Below, piece by piece: positions 26,699 through 35,490 of a DNA stretch of 45,680 nucleotides. Source of the DNA: Elusimicrobiota bacterium (GTDB lineage Bacteria; Elusimicrobiota; Elusimicrobia; Elusimicrobiales; UBA9959); assembly GCA_037137395.1 (NCBI GenBank), contig JBAXKK010000010.1, positions 1 through 45,680 on the forward strand. Reading direction: 5' to 3'. A model generated the notes under the pieces. That model saw nothing but the letters and a program-made list of their open reading frames with translations. It was not told the origin of the DNA and did no database searches. Position 1 is the stretch's first letter, and the number at the start of each line of letters is the position of its first letter. A program made the position numbers and the translations under genes.

Positions 26699-28204
26699 AT
26701 GACTAAAAAGATCCTGACATTCTTCTTTCTGCTTACGCTTTGCACTTCAAATCTTTACTGTCAGCCCCGCAGTTTTTCCGAGGAACTCGCGGATAAAGTC
26801 GTACGCCAGCTCCGCTCTTTTGGCCTATGGACGGAGGTCAGCGTTTCAACTCCTACTCCGACTGCCGACGACACCTCCCTGAAAAAACAGAGTCTGCCGG
26901 CCGCGCCGCCAAAAAAGAAACTACCCAGAAACACAAAGATAAAAGAAGAAGTTGTGAAGCGCGCGCCCAAGACCAAGGCGGAAATACTAAAACCTATTGA
27001 AATCGCCGAAACCGCCGTAATCGCTCCCCGGGAAAACACCCTGGCCCGGGCTCTTGGCGCCATCACTATAAATACGGCCAGGGGGCCCATAATCCCGTTC
27101 CCCGTGGTGGATTCAAATAAGGATATGGGGGCGTCCTTCGGCATCATGCCGATTATGGCCGTCAGAAGCAAGGACAACAAAAACATCAAAGCGGTCCTGG
27201 CACCCTCGGCCACTTACAACGAATATCTTAAAACCACCCTCACTTACAGGCACTACATCTTTCCCGATGAAAAAAGGCTTTTCCTGCTGCGCGCATCTTA
27301 CTCCCAAAAAGTGGAGAAGGAATTCATCATCTACTATTACACACCGCAGGCCTGGGGATCGGATATACGCATCAGCGCCGAAGCCAAGAACTGGGTAACC
27401 GGAAAGCCCTCTTTTTACGGGCCCGGCATAGAGTCTTCCCAAAAAGACAAGGCCAATTACGCCCTGAACATGACCGGCGAAGAATTCACCGTGGATCTGC
27501 CGCTCATAAAATACCTTTTCTTTAATTTCAACCACGCTTATTATCTTAAAAGAATATCCGACGGCCCGCAGGAAAACGGGCAGGTCAGCGGCCTCTTCCC
27601 GGATTTTTTCACCCAGGCCTCAAAGGAAAGGCAGTTCCTGACCCATCGTTTCGCCTTGGTATATGACGATACCGATCACCCGTTCCTGCCTAAGATAGGC
27701 ACCTACACCTCCGCTTCTGTAAGTTACTCTGACCGGCGCCTGGTCTCCGATTACAACTACCGCACTTACGCGCTTCAATTGAAGCACTACTATAACTATA
27801 AGGAAGAGGGGAACTATGTTACCGCCATCCATTACCTGTTCCAGTTCACACGCGGGGACGACCTGCCGTTCTACGCCCTGCCTCAGCTGGGGGAAAGCAC
27901 CGGTCTGAGAATGGCCGGGGACGGCCGCTTCGTGGACCGTGGCAAATTTGTATTCAACATAGAGGAGCGGATAACTCTTTCGCGCTCTCCGTTCATGAAA
28001 TTCATCAGCGAAAGCGAAATAGCACCGTTCCTGGACATAGGAACAGTGTTTCCAAGGCCTTCCGCTTTACGCGCCCGCGACCTCAAGTACAGCCCCGGCA
28101 TCTCGGCCAGGATCGTCATACGGCCCCAGGTGGTGGGCACGCTGGACTTCGCCTTCGGCTCCGAAGGCACCAACGCCATAATCAAAGTCGGCTATCCGTT
28201 CTGA
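26699..28204 (+). CDS. Omp85/BamA-TamA superfamily outer-membrane beta-barrel protein
   Basis: Signal peptide, amphipathic aromatic-rich strands, YDDTD..F.P..G, LPFYALPQLG...LR..GRFVDR, C-terminal VGYPF. Confidence 0.75.
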   Translation: MTKKILTFFFLLTLCTSNLYCQPRSFSEELADKVVRQLRSFGLWTEVSVSTPTPTADDTSLKKQSLPAAPPKKKLPRNTKIKEEVVKRAPKTKAEILKPIEIAETAVIAPRENTLARALGAITINTARGPIIPFPVVDSNKDMGASFGIMPIMAVRSKDNKNIKAVLAPSATYNEYLKTTLTYRHYIFPDEKRLFLLRASYSQKVEKEFIIYYYTPQAWGSDIRISAEAKNWVTGKPSFYGPGIESSQKDKANYALNMTGEEFTVDLPLIKYLFFNFNHAYYLKRISDGPQENGQVSGLFPDFFTQASKERQFLTHRFALVYDDTDHPFLPKIGTYTSASVSYSDRRLVSDYNYRTYALQLKHYYNYKEEGNYVTAIHYLFQFTRGDDLPFYALPQLGESTGLRMAGDGRFVDRGKFVFNIEERITLSRSPFMKFISESEIAPFLDIGTVFPRPSALRARDLKYSPGISARIVIRPQVVGTLDFAFGSEGTNAIIKVGYPF

Positions 28205-28228
28205 AGATTTATTCTATAGAATAAATCT
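28205..28228. repeat. Perfect 24-bp palindrome between convergent genes
   Basis: AGATTTATTCTA|TAGAATAAATCT. Confidence 0.7.
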
Positions 28229-28334
28229 CTGCCATTCGCCATAGGCCATAAGCCATACGCAGAAATTAAGACTTTGCTTTGGCGGCGGTTTTTTTGGGGG
28301 AGGGGATGGAGAATAATAACGGGCTAAAGAACGG

Positions 28335-28838
28335 CTATTTAAATTTATCTATCAAAAAGCTCCCGGCAAAATGGCTTCCTGTTATTACCAGTGCGGCAAG
28401 GCCCATATGCACCAAGGCCTCATAAAACGGGTTCTTTTTGCTTTTGCGCTGTATAACATAGCTCAGGGCGGCCAGGACGGCAAAGCCCCATACAATCGAG
28501 CAGAAAACTGCCGTTCTTATCGGTAGAAAAGCTATCAGTAGCACAAAACTCAGGGAAACTCCAAGCCGCGCCAGATAGTTTGTAAGAGTGGCAAGCCACA
28601 CCTCTTTTCCTGCAACATGCTCCGACTCAAGATAAAGATGTATTCCCATAGAATCTGATAAATTGTCAGCCAGTGCGATAACCAATATACTACCGATTAT
28701 GCTTGATTTAGGGTGAGCTACACTGTCCAGCCCGGTAATAAGCGCCAGACTGGTAATGACTGCGGATGTGACGCCAAAAGAGACCTTGGTCTGATAAGGC
28801 CGCGCTACCGCATTAATGTCTGAGTTTTTATCTTCCAT
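28335..28838 (-). CDS. VIT1/CCC1-like membrane protein (short form)
   Basis: SFGVTSAVITSLALITGL, IALADNLSDSMGIHLYLESE; about 5 TM helices. ATG 28838 preferred over GTG 28856. Confidence 0.7.
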   Translation of the reverse strand: MEDKNSDINAVARPYQTKVSFGVTSAVITSLALITGLDSVAHPKSSIIGSILVIALADNLSDSMGIHLYLESEHVAGKEVWLATLTNYLARLGVSLSFVLLIAFLPIRTAVFCSIVWGFAVLAALSYVIQRKSKKNPFYEALVHMGLAALVITGSHFAGSFLIDKFK

Positions 28839-28975
28839 GCTGAAATTACATTTCACTTTTTGGGCGCTAACACGGAAATTAAATCCCTGCCGTCTTCCTT
28901 TATATGGCGATGATCTGACCCCGACTGGGCATTCCGCGGCACCACATCCGAAGTTGACCGGACCGGGGGATTGCT

Positions 28976-31063
28976 TTACTGCTGCAGTTGGGACAAGTCC
29001 GCGACATCCTCGAAAAGGCTGACCAGCGAGCCGATAAGTCGGAGCCGGTTTTCCTTCACTTTTGGATCCTCAACCATAACCATTACTTTGTCAAAAAAAC
29101 TATCCAGCGCTCCTTTGATGGCGACAGTATCCATAAGGCTTTTTTCATACTCCCGGTTGGCGATATGGCTTTTCAGTTTGCCTGAAAGGGCTTTGATACC
29201 GGAGTAAAGAGCTCGCTCCTCGTCTTTTTCAAAAACAGCTTCGTCCGGGCCGGCCGCGGCTGAGTGCTTGGCCTGTCGGAGGATGTTCTTAGCTCTCTTG
29301 AAAGACATAGCCAGCGCTTCAAAGTCGGAGTTTTTCCTTACAATATGCAGATCATTTATGCGGCGACGGCAGTCCAGCAGATCCGCATTTTTGATAAAAA
29401 ATTCCTTAACCGCCTTCACCTCGTCAAAGCGGAAACCTTTTTCCTCGAACAGAGTTTCGGCCCGCTGCCAGGTGAAATCCAGGAGCGCGGATATGGTCTT
29501 TTCTCTGTCAAAACCAGCGGCCTTCGCCGGAAGGAGTTCAAGCGCGCGGCTAAAAGCCTCTTTAAGCGGCAGCTCCAGATCATTCTCAAGGATAATCCTG
29601 GCCAGACCAAGCGCCTGCCTCCTGAGAGCGTGCGGGTCCTCGCTGCCGGAAGGAATTAATCCGATCGCGAAATCGGCAGCCAGGGTGTCTAGCTTGCCGG
29701 CGATAGATACCACCGAACTTTCTCTGGTTGAGGGGAGCGGAGACTTTGCGCTCATTGGCCAGTAGAACTCCCCCACGGCCTTCGCGGCGGTTTCGCTCAA
29801 ACCGGCATTTTTGGCGTAATAATAACCCATTACGCCCTGCAGTTCGGTGAACTCGCGCACCACATTGCTTGAAAGATCGGCATAAACCAGACGCGAGGCC
29901 TTCCTGACCGCCTCCGTATCCAGGCCGTGGACCGCAGCCGCCAGCCAGCCCGCGAGAGCCTCGACCCGGCCTGCCTTGTCGAACATTGAACCCAGCTTTT
30001 CCTGGAAGGTAACGGTCTTCAGGACATTCAGCATGTTTTCCATTGGTTCCGTCAGATCGCGCTCATAAAAGAATATCGCGTCCCTGAAACGCGCTTCCAG
30101 AACGTTCCGGAAGCCCTCTTCCACGTTCTTCTGTCCTTTTGAAACTCCGTCCCGGATACCGACAAAATAAGGCTGAAGCTTTTTTTTAGAGTCGCTGACG
30201 GTGAAGAACTTGAGCTGCTTCTTCATCACAAGATGCACCAGCTCCCTGGGAAGTTTGAGAAATTCCTGGTCGTAAGTTCCGACTACGCATACCGGATATT
30301 CCACCAGATAAAGGTTCTCATTGAACAGCTCGGCGTCAGCCTCCACTTCCAGCTTGGTCCTTTTGGAAACCTGTTCTATCTCCGTTGCCAGAACTTTGGC
30401 GCGCTCCTCGTCTTTCACCAGCACATTTGCGTTCTCAAGTATCTTCAAATACTTCTCAGCCGACGGAATATTCGTAACCCGCGACCCTTTGGCGCTCAGG
30501 CCCATGGTAAAGCGCCCGGTCTTTATGCCGGCAAAAGAGAAGGCAACTATCTTTTCGCCGTAAAGAGCCGCCAGACTCCGTATGGGCCGGGCAAAACGCA
30601 CGCGCGTTTCCTCCCAGACCATGGTCTTGGGAAATTCCAGCGTGCCGATAAGTCTGGGGAATATCTCGGCCAGAACTTTTGACGCGGGCCTGGCGGGAAT
30701 TACCTTCATAGCCACCAGAACCTCACCCTTTGGAGCGGTCTCAATGGTAAGTTTGTCGGGGGTCGTCCCTTGCCCCTTCGCGAACCCGGCGCTCTGGGGG
30801 GTATAAGCGCCTGCTTCATCTTTCCAGAATTTTGCCAGCGGCCCTATGGCTTTTACTGTCCGCTCCTCGGATTTGCCCGGCAGGCCGATTATATGGAGGA
30901 CAAGTCTTTTATAAGTGCCGTAAGCCTTAAGAGTTTCAAAAGGCAGATTCGCGGCGGCCAGAAGCTCGCGGGCTCCGGCTTCCAGCTGCGCTTCGGCGGA
31001 AGTTATAAAGCGGGCTGGGATATTCTCGATGCGGATTTCAAGCAAAGCGTCTCGTTTGATCAT
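28976..31063 (-). CDS. glyS: Glycine--tRNA ligase beta subunit
   Basis: LLEIRIENIPA, FPKTMVW...FARPIR, LVEYP, VLEARFRDA.FF, EFTELQGVMG.YYA, PSGSEDPHALRR, FFDKVMVMVED..VKENRL. Confidence 0.96.
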   Translation of the reverse strand: MIKRDALLEIRIENIPARFITSAEAQLEAGARELLAAANLPFETLKAYGTYKRLVLHIIGLPGKSEERTVKAIGPLAKFWKDEAGAYTPQSAGFAKGQGTTPDKLTIETAPKGEVLVAMKVIPARPASKVLAEIFPRLIGTLEFPKTMVWEETRVRFARPIRSLAALYGEKIVAFSFAGIKTGRFTMGLSAKGSRVTNIPSAEKYLKILENANVLVKDEERAKVLATEIEQVSKRTKLEVEADAELFNENLYLVEYPVCVVGTYDQEFLKLPRELVHLVMKKQLKFFTVSDSKKKLQPYFVGIRDGVSKGQKNVEEGFRNVLEARFRDAIFFYERDLTEPMENMLNVLKTVTFQEKLGSMFDKAGRVEALAGWLAAAVHGLDTEAVRKASRLVYADLSSNVVREFTELQGVMGYYYAKNAGLSETAAKAVGEFYWPMSAKSPLPSTRESSVVSIAGKLDTLAADFAIGLIPSGSEDPHALRRQALGLARIILENDLELPLKEAFSRALELLPAKAAGFDREKTISALLDFTWQRAETLFEEKGFRFDEVKAVKEFFIKNADLLDCRRRINDLHIVRKNSDFEALAMSFKRAKNILRQAKHSAAAGPDEAVFEKDEERALYSGIKALSGKLKSHIANREYEKSLMDTVAIKGALDSFFDKVMVMVEDPKVKENRLRLIGSLVSLFEDVADLSQLQQ

Positions 31064-31121
31064 TGTCCATCTCCATTTAAATTAGGGAAACTCAGCGACA
31101 AACAATCTGCCACTTGTTTAC

Positions 31122-32000
31122 TTATGACTGAGTGACGTCTGCCGCGCTTATGTTGACCGGTTCATTAGCTTTCACGTGCGCGGCGGCGCAGGCCTTGGCG
31201 ATATCGCGTATCCTTTTGATCATGCCAACCCGCTCAGAAACGGAAATGGCGCCCCGCGCGTCCATCAGGTTAAATGAATGAGAACATTTCATCACCAGGT
31301 CGTACGCCGGCAGATAGTGTCCGTTCTTTATCAGAACGAAAATCTCACGCTCGTAATCGTCAAAATTCCTGCGCAGATTGGCGACATCCGCGTATTCAAA
31401 ATTATAATGCGAGAACTGCTTTTCCTGGGTCCGGTACATCTCTCCGTAGGTGAGCCGATCGTTCCACATAAGGTCATAAACGCTTTTTTTCTTCTGCACA
31501 AACATAGCCAGGCGCTCCAGGCCGTACGTGATCTCTACGCTTATCGGATTAAGTTCGAAAGAAGCCATCTGCTGGAAATAAGTGAACTGTGTTACCTCCA
31601 TCCCGTCCAGCCATACCTCCCAGCCCACGCCGGAGGCGCCCAGGGTCGGAGATTCCCAGTCGTCCTCTATCCAGCGGATATCGTGTTCATCAGCGTTGAT
31701 GCCGACAGCCTTGAGTGATTTCAGATATATCTGCTGTATGTCTTTTGACGGCGGCTTAATTATTACCTGGTATTGATAATATTTACCTAAGCGGTTGGGG
31801 TTCTCTCCGAAGCGCCCGTCTCCGGGCCGCCGGCAGGGCTCAACATATGCCACGCGATTCGGCTTAGAGGTGAGCGAGCCAAAAAAAGTGGCGGGGTTAA
31901 AAGTGCCGGCGCCCTTTTCAAGATCGTAAGGCTGTATTATGGCGCAGCCCTGCTTGGCCCAATACTGGTCAAATTTGAGTATGATGTCCTGAAAATTCAC
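31122..32000 (-). CDS. glyQ: Glycine--tRNA ligase alpha subunit
   Basis: [82 protein letters not shown] start with GGAGG SD. Confidence 0.97.
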   Translation of the reverse strand: MNFQDIILKFDQYWAKQGCAIIQPYDLEKGAGTFNPATFFGSLTSKPNRVAYVEPCRRPGDGRFGENPNRLGKYYQYQVIIKPPSKDIQQIYLKSLKAVGINADEHDIRWIEDDWESPTLGASGVGWEVWLDGMEVTQFTYFQQMASFELNPISVEITYGLERLAMFVQKKKSVYDLMWNDRLTYGEMYRTQEKQFSHYNFEYADVANLRRNFDDYEREIFVLIKNGHYLPAYDLVMKCSHSFNLMDARGAISVSERVGMIKRIRDIAKACAAAHVKANEPVNISAADVTQS

Positions 32001-32102
32001 GATAAACCTCCGTAAAATAAGGGGCTAGGGGGTAGGGTTTAGGGTCAAGGAGTTCCTTATGCCTCCACCATCCGCGCTCCACCCTGTGTTTTACTATTAT
32101 AC

Positions 32103-32810
32103 TTAAATAAATTCAAGCGTTTTGAGTTGCTGATTAAGCTGTTCCGAAAAAAACCTTTTCAGGAGGTTGTCCAGGTAATCCATTGCCTGGGGCTGCGCCT
32201 CCAGGACGTGGACATCGGACCAGGCTCCGTCATGCAAGGTTTCCCAGAGCCTGGAGTCCAAACCCAACGAACTATGCTTAAACCCGAACCCCGCGGTCTC
32301 CAGCGCGCGAAGAGTGAAGGCCCGACGCATCCATGGGGATATTCCGCGCACTTTTGGGTCGCGACTGACGCCAATTGGCGCAAGGTCAGTGCCCGGATAT
32401 TCTGCTACGCGGCCGAAAGGGCGGGGCAGGCCGCCGTCCAGATTTTGAAGCGCCCCCAACAAAAGCTCGTATTTCTCCGGACTGGGCTGATGGGAGGGCG
32501 TAAGTTTGTTAACCACTTCGCAGAAATACAAAGCGGTGAACAGGCTGTCGGTATTCAGCCGGATGCGGGGGAAGACGGAAAGGGAACTGCCGCCCGTACA
32601 GACGGGGAAATTGGATCCGTTCTTAAGGTAAAAGCGATAGTCGCCCCAGCTGACCGGCTCAGAAAGAGCCCGGAGCTTACCCTTGGAAAGCCGCACGCTT
32701 TTGAAATTAACTTCAAGCTTACCCCTGTCTTTGGTGAAAACAGTTACGATGCGGTCGTTCTCACGCAACGGCCTGCGCCACAAAACAATGCCGTAATCAC
32801 AGAAAATCAT
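32103..32810 (-). CDS. recO: DNA repair protein RecO
   Basis: GIVL....ENDRIVTVFT..RGK OB-fold N-terminus; Y.CEVVNKL..; canonical recO-glyQ-glyS order. Confidence 0.85.
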   Translation of the reverse strand: MIFCDYGIVLWRRPLRENDRIVTVFTKDRGKLEVNFKSVRLSKGKLRALSEPVSWGDYRFYLKNGSNFPVCTGGSSLSVFPRIRLNTDSLFTALYFCEVVNKLTPSHQPSPEKYELLLGALQNLDGGLPRPFGRVAEYPGTDLAPIGVSRDPKVRGISPWMRRAFTLRALETAGFGFKHSSLGLDSRLWETLHDGAWSDVHVLEAQPQAMDYLDNLLKRFFSEQLNQQLKTLEFI

Positions 32811-32816
32811 AGTGAT

Positions 32817-32825
32817 ATATTAGCA
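32817..32825 (-). promoter_or_regulatory. Putative extended -10 promoter giving a leaderless recO transcript
   Basis: TG-c-TAATAT ends 6 nt before the ATG; no SD. Confidence 0.45.
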
Positions 32826-32987
32826 ATTTACCTTCGGCAAATCGCGCTATAAATAGCGCGACAGCAGATAGCGCTGCAGGGCAAAATAAGCAATTTTCAC
32901 AAATTTTCTCTACTGTTATGGTATTCGTGTTCTTCTGCTGTCGTGCTGTCCCGCTGCCGCGCTGTCCTGCTATCCGCCACTTGCCCT

Positions 32988-33016
32988 TTGTCTTTTGTAT
33001 ATTAATTTAATATAAT
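32988..33016 (+). promoter_or_regulatory. Sigma70 promoter of the rpmH operon
   Basis: TTGTCT-17 bp-TATAAT. Confidence 0.7.
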
Positions 33017-33025
33017 TAAAACACT

Positions 33026-33163
33026 ATGCTACCTACATACAGACCAAATGTCAGAAGAAGAAAGAAGACTCTCGGTTTTCGCGCAAAAATGAAAACCGCT
33101 GGCGGAAGAAAAACTTTAGCGAGAAGACGCGCGAAAGGGCGATGGCATCTCATTCCCGACTAG
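33026..33163 (+). CDS. rpmH: 50S ribosomal protein L34
   Basis: Not in the ORF track. Manual translation [45 protein letters not shown] (45 aa); lies upstream of rnpA. Confidence 0.96.
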   Translation: MLPTYRPNVRRRKKTLGFRAKMKTAGGRKTLARRRAKGRWHLIPD

Positions 33164-33191
33164 ACGCTTGCGCGTTTATTGGCGTCGTTAA

Positions 33192-33590
33192 ATGAAAAAG
33201 TTTTCTTTTACCAGGAACGCACGCCTGCGCTGCCGGAAAATTTTTGATTTCGTCTTTAACGAGGGGGAAAAATCCTCCACGCGCGACTTAGTGATGTGGG
33301 CCTGCGTGCCGGGCCCCAGTAAAGCCGGGACAAAAGCGCCCGCCCTTATCGCACCCGGCGGCAGAAGATTAGGCCTCGTCATAAGCAAAAAGACCGGCGG
33401 CGCGGTACGGCGCAACAGGCTTAAAAGGCTTCTGCGGGAAGCCTACAGGCTGTCAAAGGACGACCTGCTGGACGGAGCGCACATAATAGTATATCCGAAA
33501 GCCGGATGCGCTATAAACAACCTTTTAGAGGCCCGGAAAGCGCTAAGCGCGATCTGGGCAAGAGCGAAGATAAAAAATGCGGAGCGATAA
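33192..33590 (+). CDS. rnpA: Ribonuclease P protein component
   Basis: [28 protein letters not shown] (RNR motif). Confidence 0.95.
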   Translation: MKKFSFTRNARLRCRKIFDFVFNEGEKSSTRDLVMWACVPGPSKAGTKAPALIAPGGRRLGLVISKKTGGAVRRNRLKRLLREAYRLSKDDLLDGAHIIVYPKAGCAINNLLEARKALSAIWARAKIKNAER

Positions 33591-33864
33591 AAACGCCCTG
33601 AAAAAAACCGCGGACGCGGTTCATACGGCGTACAGACTTTTCAGACCACTACTGGGGCCTCGCGCCTGCAGATTTCACCCGACCTGTTCAGAATACAGTT
33701 TCCAATCCTTTAAAACATATGGTTTACTCAGGGGCGCTTTTTTAAGCGCCGCGAGAATCCTCCGCTGCCATCCATGGAATCCGGGCGGATATGACCCCGT
33801 GCCGTTATCACAACCTCCGTCCGCCGCAGACTTAAACATTGCAAACATCAGGGAGACAAATTAA
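33577..33864 (+). CDS. yidD: Membrane protein insertion efficiency factor YidD
   Basis: [27 protein letters not shown]. Confidence 0.95.
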   Translation: MRSDKNALKKTADAVHTAYRLFRPLLGPRACRFHPTCSEYSFQSFKTYGLLRGAFLSAARILRCHPWNPGGYDPVPLSQPPSAADLNIANIRETN

Positions 33865-35438
33865 TGCAGAAGAACCTCGTCCTCGCGGTCGTGCTATCCT
33901 CAGCTGTGTATATATTCTGGTACTCTTACATAGAAAAGAGACCTATGCTCAATCCAGCCTCCGCGCCCACGGCGCAGTCGCAGCAAAGCTCCCCGGCGGC
34001 GTCCGCTGCCACAGCCCTCACGATTTCCGGGCAGTCAGCGGTGGCCGCGGCCTCCGGCCCGCTGGAAGCTGACTGGACTAAACGCTCCGTGGAACTAAAT
34101 CTCAACAAAGCCACCTACGCCTTCCACCCCGCCGGCGCCTCAATAAAGAGCGTGGTTTATCAGGGCCCGGTGTCCCCCGTGGAACTTGTAAAAGACCCCT
34201 CGCCGGGCTTTCTCAGCTCTTTTGACGACCTGACTTTCACCCTAAAAAGCAAAACCAACGACAGCGTAACCTTCGAAGCCCGCGCCGCCAACGGCGTAAT
34301 TATACTCAAGAAATTCACCCTTAACGGAGAGCATAAGATAAATCTGCTGGAGATAACCGCGGTAAACCCTTCCGCGGCCCCCGCGGTATTCGCGGCGTGG
34401 AACATTAAGCTGGGCCCCGGACTTGGCACCGTTAAAAGCGAAGAAAAAGAAAACCCCTCTCTTTGGAAGGCTCAATACACTTTTCAGGAAGATGGCAAAA
34501 AGTTCCCGACCATAAAAACCATCAAGGAAAACCAGAAAGCGGGGCCCTGGATCTGGGCCGGCGTGGATAACAGGTATTTTCTGGCCGCGGTAATGGGGGG
34601 AGATCTGAAGCGGGACGTACTCAACATCTCCCAGCCGGAAATAGACGGAAAGAAAGCGCCACTCTTGTCTATTCCCTTCGAAGCGGAACTACTGGCGCCC
34701 CGGGAAACCCGCGTCTGGCGCGTAGAATTTTATATAGGGCCCAAGGACTACAAGCTGCTCCAGACCTTAGGGCGCGGCCTTGACCGCTCCGTGGATTTCG
34801 GGTTTTTCTCCCCGCTTGCCAAAATCGCCAATTCGGCTCTGGACTATTTCCAAAAGCTCACAGGCAATTACGGCGTAGCCATTGTTATAATAAGCGTTCT
34901 CCTGCAGATACTTATTTTTCCGCTGAGCTGGAAGTCCTACAAAGCCATGGCTGTAATGAAAAAAATACAGCCCGAGATGCAGGCCATCCAGGCCCGCTAC
35001 AAGTCGGACCCCAAGCGCATGAATACGGAAGTCATGGAACTTTATAAGCGGCACGGCACTAACCCGCTGGGCGGTTGTCTGCCGATGCTCCTGCAAATCC
35101 CCATTTTCTTCGCGCTTTTCACGGCGCTGCGCAATTCATGGCCGCTGCACGGCGCGCCCTTTATCTTCTGGATAAAGGACCTGTCGGCAAAGGACCCGTA
35201 TTATATCCTGCCGCTTGTCATGGGCGGCATCATGTTCCTGCAGCAGCATCTGAGCCCTCAAACGGGAGGAGACAAAGCGCAGATGGCCATGATGAAGTGG
35301 ATGCCGGTGGTATTCACCTTTATGTTTCTCACCTTCCCGTCGGGACTGGTTCTTTATTGGCTGATAAACAGCATCTGGGGCTTCGCGCAGACGATGATTT
35401 TGCAGAAACAACAGGCGCTGAAGGATAAAGGCTATTAG
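33864..35438 (+). CDS. yidC: Membrane protein insertase YidC
   Basis: N-terminal TM, periplasmic domain, YIGPK, GNYGVAI, NPLGGCLPMLLQIPIFFALF, WIKDLS.KDPYYILP, PSGLVLYW. Confidence 0.97.
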   Translation: MQKNLVLAVVLSSAVYIFWYSYIEKRPMLNPASAPTAQSQQSSPAASAATALTISGQSAVAAASGPLEADWTKRSVELNLNKATYAFHPAGASIKSVVYQGPVSPVELVKDPSPGFLSSFDDLTFTLKSKTNDSVTFEARAANGVIILKKFTLNGEHKINLLEITAVNPSAAPAVFAAWNIKLGPGLGTVKSEEKENPSLWKAQYTFQEDGKKFPTIKTIKENQKAGPWIWAGVDNRYFLAAVMGGDLKRDVLNISQPEIDGKKAPLLSIPFEAELLAPRETRVWRVEFYIGPKDYKLLQTLGRGLDRSVDFGFFSPLAKIANSALDYFQKLTGNYGVAIVIISVLLQILIFPLSWKSYKAMAVMKKIQPEMQAIQARYKSDPKRMNTEVMELYKRHGTNPLGGCLPMLLQIPIFFALFTALRNSWPLHGAPFIFWIKDLSAKDPYYILPLVMGGIMFLQQHLSPQTGGDKAQMAMMKWMPVVFTFMFLTFPSGLVLYWLINSIWGFAQTMILQKQQALKDKGY

Positions 35439-35490
35439 ACTGAAGGAAGGTCAGGCTGAATTTTACACACAGTATTCGGAGGAATAAAAA

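Noticed and set aside
28857..28975. Metal or fluoride riboswitch upstream of the VIT1-like gene
   Set aside because: No match by eye to yybP-ykoY, NiCo or fluoride consensus on the coding strand; an Rfam scan would be decisive.
32127..32852. 241-aa plus-strand ORF
   Set aside because: Antisense shadow of recO.
32811..33025. oriC next to rpmH
   Set aside because: No dnaA and no cluster of TTWTNCACA boxes; only one mismatched candidate near 32893.
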